Positions 53,186 through 62,487 of a stretch of 64,000 nt of DNA are shown here, one piece after another (the stretch's first letter is position 1; each line of letters starts with the position of its first letter). The stretch lies in the NCBI GenBank assembly GCA_030054175.1, contig JASGCM010000014.1, forward strand, positions 30,154-94,153, read 5' to 3'. Origin of the DNA: Alphaproteobacteria bacterium (GTDB lineage: Bacteria; Pseudomonadota; Gammaproteobacteria; Burkholderiales; Burkholderiaceae_C). A program made the translations under genes and the position numbers. The notes under the pieces were generated by a model. The model was not told where the DNA came from and made no database searches. It saw only the letters and a program-made list of their open reading frames with translations.

Positions 53186-53716
53186 ATGGCTTCATTCGGA
53201 CAAACCTTCGACGCATCCTCTGTCGAGCCCAGCAGCAACTACGACGTCCTGCCTCCGGGCAAGTACCTTGGCCAAATCGTCGCCAGCGAAATGCGTGCGA
53301 CCAAGGATGGCACCGGCCAGTACCTCTACCTGGAGGTCGACATCCTTGAGGGCCAGTACGCCGGACGCAAACTCTTCGACCGGCTCAACTTGGTCAACGC
53401 CAACCCGGACACGGTAGAGATCGCCAAGCGCACCCTGTCCTCGATCTGTCGCGCCGTTGGCAAACTGCAGGTCAGCAACTCCGAGCAGTTGCACTTGGTC
53501 CCAATGACCCTGGATGTGCGGGTGCGTCCCCCGAAGGGCATGTACAGCGAGTCCAACTCCATTCGCTATCTGCCGCGAGGCAGTGCCAGCGCAACAGCAT
53601 CGCCGCCCGCGCCGTCGTTCACGCCGCCCTTGGCACCTGCTGCCGCACGTCCCATCACGGCTGCGCCGACCGCTACTCCCGCGGCCAACGGCCTGCCCTG
53701 GAAGCGTCAGGCCTGA
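53186..53716 (+). CDS. DUF669-like phage protein
   Basis: FDASSVEPSSNYDVLPPGKYLGQIVASEMRATKDGTGQYL pattern. Pro/Ala-rich tail. Confidence 0.65.
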   Translation: MASFGQTFDASSVEPSSNYDVLPPGKYLGQIVASEMRATKDGTGQYLYLEVDILEGQYAGRKLFDRLNLVNANPDTVEIAKRTLSSICRAVGKLQVSNSEQLHLVPMTLDVRVRPPKGMYSESNSIRYLPRGSASATASPPAPSFTPPLAPAAARPITAAPTATPAANGLPWKRQA

Positions 53717-53729
53717 GGAGGACCCGAGC

Positions 53730-54119
53730 ATGCATGAGCACGCTCTAGCGGCCACGCCGATCCGACTGCCCAGCACATTGCAGGGCTGCCGTGAGCGTCT
53801 GGCCGCGCTTCAAGATGAGATCGCCTCCATCCGGATCCAGATCGCCACGACCGATATCCGTCGCCAGACGGAGAAGAAGTCACTCGATGCCACGTGGTTC
53901 CACCGGGCCAAAACTGCGCTTCGTGTGAAGCAGCAGGAACTGGCGCAGTTGACGGCACACATGGCCAAGCTTCATGTCGCCCAACCCCACGGACACCGAG
54001 AGCGGTTCAAGGACGCGCTGATCGAGGTGCTGCGTGCCGATTGCGATGACGAACGCTGGCAGGCAGTGGTCACCCGTGCCCGAGAGCTTCAAGCCAAACA
54101 GGGGGTGCAGCATGGCTGA
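53730..54119 (+). CDS. hypothetical phage protein
   Basis: 129-aa coiled-coil-like ORF. Start moved to ATG 53730. Confidence 0.45.
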   Translation: MHEHALAATPIRLPSTLQGCRERLAALQDEIASIRIQIATTDIRRQTEKKSLDATWFHRAKTALRVKQQELAQLTAHMAKLHVAQPHGHRERFKDALIEVLRADCDDERWQAVVTRARELQAKQGVQHG

Positions 54120-55068
54120 ATTGCCAAGCATCACCAGCCTGACACGAGACGCGATCTTCGCGGCCTACGAGGCCGACGCTGGGGACGGATTTCGAGCCCA
54201 CCTTGGCGCATCGCTTATCGGCAAAGACTGTGAGCGAGCGCTCTGGTTTGATTTCCGCTGGGTCACCCGCGCTCAGCACCCAGGACGCCTCCTGCGACTT
54301 TTCGAAACCGGCCAACTCGAGGAAGCCCGGCTGGTTCAGAACCTGCGACGAACTGGAGCGACGGTCCTGGAGGTTGATCCAGATACGGGCCGCCAGTTTC
54401 GGGTCCAAGCGCATGGTGGCCACTTTGGTGGCTCGCTTGACGGTGTGGCCATCAACCTTCTGGAAGCGCCTAAGACATGGCATGTCCTGGAGTTCAAGAC
54501 GCATTCGGTCAAGAGCTTCAACGACCTGATGGCAAAGAGGGTGCGTGAGAGCAAGCCGCTGCACTTTGCGCAGATGCAAACCTACATGCATCTGATGGGC
54601 TTGACTCGTGCGATGTATCTGGCGGTCTGTAAGGACACTGACGACGTTTACGTTGAGCGGGTCGAGGCAGACCCAGCGTTTGCAATGGGTCTCATGACCA
54701 AGGCAGAACGCGTGATCCTTGCCGCTACACCGCCACCGCGAATCAGTCCGGATCCCTCCTGGTACCAGTGTCGGATGTGTGATCACGCACCAGTGTGTCA
54801 CGCCAATGCATCAGATGCCACAGCACCTGAAGTCAATTGCCGTACCTGCCTACATGCGACACCTGTCGATGGTGGGTGGCACTGCGCACGCCACGACCGT
54901 CGATTGACTGAGGCTGATCAGCGCGCTGCCTGCGCCATGCACCTATTTATTCCGTCGCTGGTACCAGGCCAGCAAGTCGACGCAGGCGAGGACTGGGTCG
55001 AGTACGAGTTCGCCAGTGGGAATCGCTGGCGCGACACAGGTATGAACAAGTATGCGAACACCTTTTAA
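54112..55068 (+). CDS. PD-(D/E)xK nuclease with C-terminal Cys cluster (Cas4/YqaJ-like phage exonuclease)
   Basis: GGSLDGV...VLEFKTH (D...ExK). Cys cluster YQCRMCDHAPVCH...CRTCLH...WHCARH. Confidence 0.65.
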   Translation: MAELPSITSLTRDAIFAAYEADAGDGFRAHLGASLIGKDCERALWFDFRWVTRAQHPGRLLRLFETGQLEEARLVQNLRRTGATVLEVDPDTGRQFRVQAHGGHFGGSLDGVAINLLEAPKTWHVLEFKTHSVKSFNDLMAKRVRESKPLHFAQMQTYMHLMGLTRAMYLAVCKDTDDVYVERVEADPAFAMGLMTKAERVILAATPPPRISPDPSWYQCRMCDHAPVCHANASDATAPEVNCRTCLHATPVDGGWHCARHDRRLTEADQRAACAMHLFIPSLVPGQQVDAGEDWVEYEFASGNRWRDTGMNKYANTF

Positions 55069-55079
55069 GGAGCACGAGT

Positions 55080-56657
55080 ATGAGCCTGACCCTTCGTCCA
55101 TATCAAAGCGGTGCCATTCAAGGCATCTACAACTACTTTCACGAGGCCACAGGCAACCCCCTTGTGGTGATCCCAACCGCCGGTGGCAAGTCACTGGTGA
55201 TGGCGACCTTCGTTGAGGGCGTCCTCAAGGCTTACCCGGATCAGCGCATCCTGATCGTTACCCATGTACGGGAGTTGATTGAGCAGAACTACACCGAGCT
55301 CAAGAAGCTCTGGCCGGAGGCGCCTGCAGGCATTTATTCGGCCGGTCTCAAGCAGCGTGACATCCGTGCACGCATCCTCTTTGCCGGTATCCAGTCGATC
55401 CACAAGCGCGTCTACGACGTCCAGCAGTGCGACCTGGTGCTCATCGACGAGGCCCATTTGATTCCGCGCTCGAGCAACACCATGTACCGGCGCTTCCTGT
55501 CTGACCTGGCCCGGCTCAATCCTCAGATGAAGGTGATTGGATTGACCGCGACACCTTACCGGTTGGATTCTGGGCTTTTGCATGAAGGGGGTGACGCGAT
55601 CTTCACCGACATTGCCTATGAGGTATCGGTGCGCGAGTTGATAGACCAAGGCTACCTCTCACCCCTGATCTCCAAGCGCATGGCCACGCAGATTGATCTG
55701 ACCGGGGTGGGCACCCGCGGCGGGGAGTTCATTGCCAAGGACCTTGAGGCAGCGGTCGACAAGGACTCGATCACTCAGGCTGCGGTGGACGAAATCTTCT
55801 CTTACGGCAAGGACCGTAAAAGCTGGCTCATCTTCTGCGCCGGTGTGGACCATGCCTACCATGTGCGTGACGCGATCCGTGCTCGCGGCGTGACCTGCGA
55901 GACCATCGTTGGGGACACGCCTGGTGCCCAGCGCGAGGCCATCATCAATGACTTTAAGGCCGGCAGGATTCAATGTCTGACCAATGCCAATGTGCTTACC
56001 ACTGGCTTCAATGCGCCTGGCGTTGACCTCTTGGCCATGCTGCGGCCAACCAAGTCGGCGGGTCTGTATGTGCAGATCGTTGGGCGAGGCTGCCGCCTGG
56101 CTCCTGGCAAGACGGACTGCTTGGTGCTCGATTTCGCCGGCAACATTGCTCGGCACGGGCCGATTGATGCCGTCAAACCGAAGCGACCGAAAGGTGGCGA
56201 AGATGGCGTCGCCCCCACCAAGGCTTGCCCCGAGTGCGACAGCATCGTTCACGCCTCGGTTCGCACCTGTCCCGATTGCGGGCATGTGTTCCCGCCGCCT
56301 GAACTCAAGATCGAAGCCAAGGCCAGCAACCTGGACGTGCTGACCTCCGGGAAGTCGGAGTGGGTGCCCGTCACCAGCGTCTCATACGCCCGGCACGATA
56401 AGCCCGGCAAGCCGCCTTCACTGCGGGTGGACTACTGGAGTGGCCTCACGCACCACAGCGAGTGGATTTGCATCGAGCACCAAGGCTATCCGCGCCAAAA
56501 GGCCGCCTCCTGGTGGGCCAATCGTGCCCAGGGTTTGCCGCTGCCTCGGCGGGTGGATGAGGCTATTGCCTGTTCTGCCAAGTTGCGGTGCCCTTCAGAG
56601 ATTGCCGTTCGCCCCAGTGGACGCTACACCGAGATCGTAGGAGCCCGGTTTCCATGA
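55080..56657 (+). CDS. phage DEAD/DEAH-box SF2 helicase with C-terminal zinc ribbon
   Basis: VIPTAGGKSLVMA, LVLIDEAHLI, GLTATPYR, and CPECDSIVH...CPDCGH. Confidence 0.85.
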   Translation: MSLTLRPYQSGAIQGIYNYFHEATGNPLVVIPTAGGKSLVMATFVEGVLKAYPDQRILIVTHVRELIEQNYTELKKLWPEAPAGIYSAGLKQRDIRARILFAGIQSIHKRVYDVQQCDLVLIDEAHLIPRSSNTMYRRFLSDLARLNPQMKVIGLTATPYRLDSGLLHEGGDAIFTDIAYEVSVRELIDQGYLSPLISKRMATQIDLTGVGTRGGEFIAKDLEAAVDKDSITQAAVDEIFSYGKDRKSWLIFCAGVDHAYHVRDAIRARGVTCETIVGDTPGAQREAIINDFKAGRIQCLTNANVLTTGFNAPGVDLLAMLRPTKSAGLYVQIVGRGCRLAPGKTDCLVLDFAGNIARHGPIDAVKPKRPKGGEDGVAPTKACPECDSIVHASVRTCPDCGHVFPPPELKIEAKASNLDVLTSGKSEWVPVTSVSYARHDKPGKPPSLRVDYWSGLTHHSEWICIEHQGYPRQKAASWWANRAQGLPLPRRVDEAIACSAKLRCPSEIAVRPSGRYTEIVGARFP

Positions 56658-56977
56658 TGTGCGTGATCTGCCGCAGGGATGCCCGCGGCTATGGATTCGC
56701 ACCTCGCTACATCCGTGAGGAAGCGCCAGACAGCAAGCAGTGCTCTCGGCGCTGCCAAAACATTACTGCAAGGTTGAAGGGAATGATCGATCCAAACAAA
56801 CACGAAACCAATGCGCTGGCCGCGGCGAGCATCAGCGCGGGCGCCTATGTCGAGGAGATCGGTAAGACAGACCTTGCAAGCTGGTCCGAGCAAGAGTGGG
56901 CGACGCTGATCGATGTGGCCGTTACCGCTTTTCAAGACTTCCTTCGTCAGGCCTATGCCGATGACCCACCCTTTTGA
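56654..56977 (+). CDS. hypothetical phage protein
   Basis: ATGA-coupled small ORF (MMCVICRRDARGYGF...). No family recognised. Confidence 0.45.
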   Translation: MMCVICRRDARGYGFAPRYIREEAPDSKQCSRRCQNITARLKGMIDPNKHETNALAAASISAGAYVEEIGKTDLASWSEQEWATLIDVAVTAFQDFLRQAYADDPPF

Positions 56978-59277
56978 GGAGCGCCATGACAAACAAGAAT
57001 TACATGGCGCAGTTGGGTGCCACCCTGGTCGATCGCGGTTTTCCGATCCTGCCGATTCAACCCAACACCAAGAAGCCGGGCCTGTACAAGCTCGGCGCCT
57101 GGCACGAATACCCAAAGTGGAGCCGGCACTGCGAGCGTGACACCACCGATAACGAGGTCGACGTCTGGGGCAACTGGCCCGAAGCTGGCATCGGCATTGC
57201 CGCTGGCCGGGTGATCGGCATTGACATCGACATTCTCGATTCGCCCACAATCGCCCTGGAGATGGAGGCTCTTGCCAAGCGGATGCTGGGCGACACACCT
57301 GCCGTTCGCATTGGGCATGCACCCAAGCGCCTTCTTGTGTACCGGGCCGTGCAGCCGTTTTCCGGCTTCAAGTACCCGCCCATCGAGGTGCTGGGGGTGG
57401 GTCAGCAGTTCATTGCCTATGGCATCCACCCGGATACCGGCAAGCCCTACGACTGGCCAGTGAGCACCTTGGCCGACCTCAGCCCCGATGACTTGCCTGG
57501 TATCACGGAGGCCCAAGCCCGCGAGTTCGCCAAGGAGGCATACCGGCTGATTCCAGCCGAACTGCGGCCAAAGACACTTGGCGTAGGGCTGCGGGCGCCG
57601 ATGGAGTTCGCCAACCTGCCTGAGCAGCGCGGCACCTATGAGGCGGTTGAAGATGCCCTCAGGCACATCGTCAACGCCGACTTGGATTACGACAGTTGGG
57701 TCCGGATCGGGATGGCTATCAAGGGTGCGCTGGGCGATGACGGTTGGCCGCTCTTTGAGGTTTGGTCCGAAGCGTCACAGAAAAACGACCCTAAGACGAC
57801 TGCACGCAGCTGGCGCAGCTTTGCTCCCCAGCGCATTGGCGCCGGAACCATTTACAAGCTGGCGCTGGACAACGGCTGGCAGCCTGAGTCTGGCATGCAA
57901 CTCAATGGTGAGATCGTGATGAACGGGCACCACCCAGCGCGCGAGCTCTTGCAAGCGCTGCAGGCCGCTGACCCCATTTCCATTGAGCCGCAGGAAATCT
58001 CCCTGCCACCACCAAAGCCGATGCCGGTCGGCTGGGATCAGGTTGGCGGTGTGATCGCAGACATGATGGCCTTGATGGCGGCCACAGCCAAGCGCCCCCA
58101 GCCAGTGCTCGCACTCGGAGCGAGTTTGTGTGCGATTGGTGCCCTGATGGGGCGTAAATACCGCACCGAAAGCAACATTCGTTCAAATCTCTATGTGGTC
58201 GGTATTGCTGAGAGTGGTGCCGGCAAGAACCATAGCCGGGTTGTGATCAATGAGCTGTTTCGCAAGGCCAACCTGCTGCAATACCTGGGCGGCAACAAGA
58301 TTGCCTCAGGTTCTGGACTACTGACTGCCATCCAGCGCCAGCCCGCGATCCTGTTCCAGCTCGATGAGTTTGGGATGTTTCTCTCGGCAGCAGCCGACCG
58401 CAAGCGTTCGCCGCGTTATGTGTGCGAAATCCTGGACCTGATGACCGAGCTTTACACCACCTCGGGCACCACCTACTTCGGGGTGGAGTACGCAAGCACC
58501 CAGCACAACAACGCCCATCGGGCCATTCACCAGCCGTGCGCCTGCATCTATGGGACCACGACCCCTTTGCACTTTTGGCAGGCGCTGCAGGCGTCCAACG
58601 TGGCTGATGGATCGCTGGCCCGCTTTTTGATCATGGAAAGCGAGGATGATTTTCCGGACAGCAACGAGGCGTTTGGCGTCATCGACCCGCCTCAAGACCT
58701 GATTGACAGGCTGATCCTCATCCACCAAGGAGGCGGCAAGCTCAACGGCAATCTCACGGATGTGGGTGCTGTCGATGAGGTGCTGGTGGATCCCCGCGTC
58801 GTCCCGATGACCCCGCAAGCCAGAGCCACCTTCCGCCAGCTTGACCAGGAGTTGGTAGAGCGCCTTCGCACCTCACGAGGCACCGGTTACTCCTCCATTC
58901 TGGCCCGGATTGAGGAAAACGCTACCAAGTTGGCGCTCATTCGCGCAGTCTCGCGTGACCCCGTAGATCCGCAGATCGAGGGCCATGATGCCGAGTGGGG
59001 GATCATGCTCTCGCGCCACTGTGCCGAGCTCACCATCCGTGAGGCGTCAGCCCGAGTGTCCGAGAACCAGGTCGAGTCCCACCACAAGCGGGCCATGCAA
59101 ATCTTGCGGGATGCCGGCATGGCCGGTATGTCCAAGAGCGACTTCACCAGACGCACTCAGTTCATGGATCACCGCCAGCGTGACGGGGTATTGCGCACAC
59201 TGGCTGAGGCGGGGCTGATAGAAATGATGGCCCTGCAAAGCAAGGGTCGCCCGGCTCAGTGGATCAAGGTCCTATGA
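56974..59277 (+). CDS. bifunctional primase-polymerase / PriCT / DUF3987-type replication protein
   Basis: Prim-Pol N-terminus (GFPILPIQPNTKKP...GIGIAAGRVIGIDIDIL), PriCT-like DYDSWVRIGMAIKGALGDDGW, and a C-terminal P-loop-like IAESGAGKNH. Confidence 0.8.
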   Translation: MRSAMTNKNYMAQLGATLVDRGFPILPIQPNTKKPGLYKLGAWHEYPKWSRHCERDTTDNEVDVWGNWPEAGIGIAAGRVIGIDIDILDSPTIALEMEALAKRMLGDTPAVRIGHAPKRLLVYRAVQPFSGFKYPPIEVLGVGQQFIAYGIHPDTGKPYDWPVSTLADLSPDDLPGITEAQAREFAKEAYRLIPAELRPKTLGVGLRAPMEFANLPEQRGTYEAVEDALRHIVNADLDYDSWVRIGMAIKGALGDDGWPLFEVWSEASQKNDPKTTARSWRSFAPQRIGAGTIYKLALDNGWQPESGMQLNGEIVMNGHHPARELLQALQAADPISIEPQEISLPPPKPMPVGWDQVGGVIADMMALMAATAKRPQPVLALGASLCAIGALMGRKYRTESNIRSNLYVVGIAESGAGKNHSRVVINELFRKANLLQYLGGNKIASGSGLLTAIQRQPAILFQLDEFGMFLSAAADRKRSPRYVCEILDLMTELYTTSGTTYFGVEYASTQHNNAHRAIHQPCACIYGTTTPLHFWQALQASNVADGSLARFLIMESEDDFPDSNEAFGVIDPPQDLIDRLILIHQGGGKLNGNLTDVGAVDEVLVDPRVVPMTPQARATFRQLDQELVERLRTSRGTGYSSILARIEENATKLALIRAVSRDPVDPQIEGHDAEWGIMLSRHCAELTIREASARVSENQVESHHKRAMQILRDAGMAGMSKSDFTRRTQFMDHRQRDGVLRTLAEAGLIEMMALQSKGRPAQWIKVL

Positions 59278-59665
59278 GGTGGGGGTGGCGCCCGGATGGG
59301 CTTGCTTCAGTAATTTCATCTTTCAAACCCCCCACTAGAGATACACATATAAAAAGTGGGGGCCTAGAGCCTCGCGCGCGCGAAGCCCCCCAGACAGAGA
59401 CAAAGAGAAGGAGAACTAGATTGAAATAAATAAATATTGAAATATCTCTCTACTACTCCAAGGCCCATGCACTTGGCGTTGAAAGATGAAAGATTGAAGT
59501 TGGTTCTGGCTGTTGCCATTCGAGCCGCTTTGACTTCCCCGCAGCCGTAACAGCAACGGACATGAGGGAGCCGCACCAGCCCTGACCCGGCGGTGCCTGG
59601 GCTCCTCCAGGTCGCATGAACAAGTTGGCAAGAGCGCTTGTTCGCACCTTTGGAGGACTTCCCCG
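59278..59665. other. 388-bp structured, locally AT-rich non-coding region (candidate phage origin or regulatory region)
   Basis: Hairpins CCCCCCAC (59328-59335) / GTGGGGG (59357-59363) and GGGGGC/GCCCCC. Clustered AGATTGAAA-type repeats at 59418-59499. IR GAACAAG/CTTGTTC at 59618-59643. Only spurious ORFs. Confidence 0.4.
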
Positions 59666-60196
59666 ATGCATCACCAACACAACGCCACACCCTGCGCCAT
59701 CTTGGCGCTCGACCTGGGCACCACCACGGGCTGGGCTTTGAGCCTGCCGGATCACTCGGTTACCCACGGCTTTGTCAGCTTTAAACCCCAACGCTTTGAA
59801 GGTGGTGGCATGCGCTACCTGCGCTTTCGCCGCTGGCTTGATGAGGTTCTGGCTACGACGGCCCCGAGCAGCGGCGTGTCTGGGCTAGACGCTGTCTATT
59901 TCGAGGAGGTGCGGCGTCACCTCGGAGTCGATGCCGCTCATGCCTACGGTGGCTTTTTGGCAACCCTGATCAGCTGGTGTGAGCACCAAAAAATCCCGTA
60001 CCAGGGCGTTCCCGTGGGCACGATCAAGCGGCATGTCACCGGCAAGGGTAATGCGGGAAAGTCGGAGATGGTCTCGGCCATACGCGCCCGCGGCTACCTG
60101 GTGGCCGATGACAACGAGGCTGACGCCTTGGCTGTCTTGGTCTGGGCATTGGCGCAGGGTAACGGGCGCTCTGCGGGAGGTGCCCGTCATGGCTAA
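59666..60196 (+). CDS. RuvC-like Holliday junction resolvase (phage)
   Basis: GGAGG SD. ILALDLGTTTGWA and DDNEADALAVLVWA catalytic-acid motifs. Confidence 0.7.
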   Translation: MHHQHNATPCAILALDLGTTTGWALSLPDHSVTHGFVSFKPQRFEGGGMRYLRFRRWLDEVLATTAPSSGVSGLDAVYFEEVRRHLGVDAAHAYGGFLATLISWCEHQKIPYQGVPVGTIKRHVTGKGNAGKSEMVSAIRARGYLVADDNEADALAVLVWALAQGNGRSAGGARHG

Positions 60197-60710
60197 AAAA
60201 CCGGTCACACAACCGCTGGAGCACGGCAGCGTCGTTCGCCTGGCCGGTGGTCGGCTTGCTGAGTGGAATAGCCTTTCCGAAGAGGGCACGAGCTACCGCA
60301 CGGAGCACTTCCGCTGCATCGACTCCCTTGGCATCTTGCTGCGCAATGGCTCGATCACTCCGCAAATGCACGATGCGGGTCAGGACTTCAACCGAACCTT
60401 TGTCTTTGCCCAGATGGACCCAGCAGGCGCTCCTCCGCTGACCCGCATTCCGGGTGGGCAGTGGAAGGACAGCATGACCGAGCGGGTGGTGTGGGCGCGC
60501 AAACGCATGCATGAGGCACTCGACGCAGTGGGAGGGATCAGCAGTCCAGGCGGCTGCGCTGTCTGGCATGTGGCCGGCTTGGGTCGCAGTGTCAAAGAGT
60601 GGTCCGCTTTGGAGGGATGGAATGGTCGAACGCTCAATCAATACGAGGCAAAAGGCATCCTGGTCGGCGCGCTGGCAGTGCTCGCAGTTCACTACGGATA
60701 TTCACGCTGA
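60189..60710 (+). CDS. hypothetical phage protein
   Basis: Start ATG 60189 overlaps the RuvC-like stop. No family recognised with confidence. Confidence 0.45.
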   Translation: MAKKPVTQPLEHGSVVRLAGGRLAEWNSLSEEGTSYRTEHFRCIDSLGILLRNGSITPQMHDAGQDFNRTFVFAQMDPAGAPPLTRIPGGQWKDSMTERVVWARKRMHEALDAVGGISSPGGCAVWHVAGLGRSVKEWSALEGWNGRTLNQYEAKGILVGALAVLAVHYGYSR

Positions 60711-60764
60711 AAGTGCTTGACCGATATATATCGATGAGATACGATTCAGCTAATCACTCAAATC

Positions 60765-60801
60765 ACGCCCGCCCAGTTCATCTCGGTGGGCGTTTTGTTT
60801 T
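60765..60801 (+). terminator. hairpin plus T-run
   Basis: ACGCCCGCC...GGTGGGCGT followed by TTTTGTTTT. Confidence 0.6.
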
Positions 60802-60810
60802 CTGCCCTTC

Positions 60811-60852
60811 AAACCCGCCCCATGCACCCAAGTGCTGCGAGGCGGGTTTTTC
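60811..60852 (+). terminator. second hairpin plus short T-run, 14 nt before the ParB-methylase ATG
   Basis: AAACCCGCC (60811-60819) / GGCGGGTTT (60841-60849), 21-nt loop. Confidence 0.5.
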
Positions 60853-60865
60853 ATTTCAGGTCCTC

Positions 60866-61756
60866 ATGCAGCCCATCAAACTCGAATACCGCGCAGTCGA
60901 TTCGTTGATTCCTTATGCGCGCAATGCCAAGCAGCATTCCGACGCACAGGTGGCTCAGATCGCCGCGAGCATTCGTGAATTCGGCTGGGGAGCACCGATC
61001 CTGATTGACGGATCCAACAATGTCATTGCGGGCCATGGGCGCCTGCTGGCTGCTCGAAAGCTCAGTCTCGCAGAGGTGCCCGTTGTACCCATGGAGCACC
61101 TGACTGATACCCAGCGCCGCGCCTTGATCCTTGCCGACAACAAGATCGGTGAGAACGCTTCTTGGGAAGACGAACTGCTGGGCATCGAGTTGTCCGAGCT
61201 GAAGGATGCGGGCTTTGATCTGGGTCTGACTGGCTTTTCCACCGAGGAGTGGGAGGCGTTGATTGCAGGCGAAGAGCAGAGCCAAGAAGGCTTGACGGAT
61301 GAGGATGCCGTACCTGAGGTCGCAGAAAACCCGATCTCCAAACCCGGTGACATCTGGGTGCTTGGCGAGCACAAGCTCATTTGCGGCGATGCGACCAAGG
61401 CCGATGACTATCAGGCCTTGCTCGGCGAGGAGTTGGTGGACATGACCTTCACCGACCCGCCCTACAACGTGAACTACGCGAACACGGCCAAAGACAAGAT
61501 GCGTGGCAAGAACCGCCCCATCATGAACGACAACCTGGGCGAAGGGTTCGGAAGCTTCTTGTTCGATGCCTGCGACAACATCCTGACCCGTACCAAGGGC
61601 GCGGTCTATATCGCCATGTCCTCCAGCGAGTTGGATACCCTCCAAGCCGCCTTCAGGGCTGCCGGTGGGAAGTGGTCCACCTTCATCATCTGGGCCAAAA
61701 ACACCTTCACACTCGGACGGGCCGACTATCAGCGCCAGTACGAACCCATCCTCTAA
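60866..61756 (+). pseudogene. ParB-like nuclease domain / DNA methyltransferase fusion, 3'-truncated
   Basis: VIAGHGRLLAARKL (ParB-like) and motif IV MTFTDPPYNVNY. Ends at ...DYQRQYEPIL-stop, before any SAM-binding FxGxG motif. Confidence 0.8.
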
Positions 61757-62483
61757 CTTCAAGACCAAGCACTTGAACGAGTGGGTCAATGCAGACACCG
61801 CCTGGATGGACATGCGGGCTTGGGATGCTTGCGCCGACTCAACACTCGACCTCGAGACCTTCATCGGCCAGCCCTGCTGGATCGGACTGGATCTAGCCAG
61901 CAAGACAGACATCGCCGCGTTGGTACTGGTCTTTCCGCACCCGGAGATCACAGACGCTTACGCCGTCTTTGGCAAGTACTACCTGCCTGAGGACACAGTC
62001 AGCGCCGCAGGGAACAGTCAGTATGAAGGCTGGATGCGCACTGGTCGCCTGACCGTGACGCCAGGCAATGTGATTGATTTCGGCTGGATCGAGGCAGACC
62101 TCCTGGAGATGGCCTCACGATTTGAGGTGCAGGCGGTGGCCTTCGATCCCTTTCAGGCGACCCAACTGTCAACCCGGATGCTGTCCGAGGGGCTGCCAAT
62201 GATCGAAGTGCGTCCTACGGTGCTGAATTTCAGCGAGCCGATGAAGACGCTCGAAGCTCTGGTGCTTCAGAAAAAGCTCACCCATGACGGCGACCCGGTA
62301 CTTACCTGGATGGCCAGTAACGTGGTGGCGCACCTGGACGTCAAAGACAACATTTACCCACGCAAGGAGCGAGCAGAGAACAAGATCGACGGCATCGTGG
62401 CACTGATCATGGCGCTCTCTCGGGCTATCAAGCCCGGGGAGAACGTGGTGCTGGGATCCGACTACGAATTGATGCTGCTCTGA
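61757..62483 (+). pseudogene. terminase large subunit, C-terminal (nuclease) half only
   Basis: KTKHLNEWV, IGLDLASKTDIAALV, ENKIDGIVALIMAL. No Walker A/B ATPase half and no credible start. Confidence 0.75.
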
Positions 62484-62487
62484 TCTG

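Noticed and set aside
60851-61951. 366-aa minus-strand ORF
   Set aside because: It is antisense to the ParB-methylase and terminase fragments and has no motif. The same reasoning applies to 25480-26466, 32657-33565, 31115-31990, 53192-53776 and similar long antisense ORFs.
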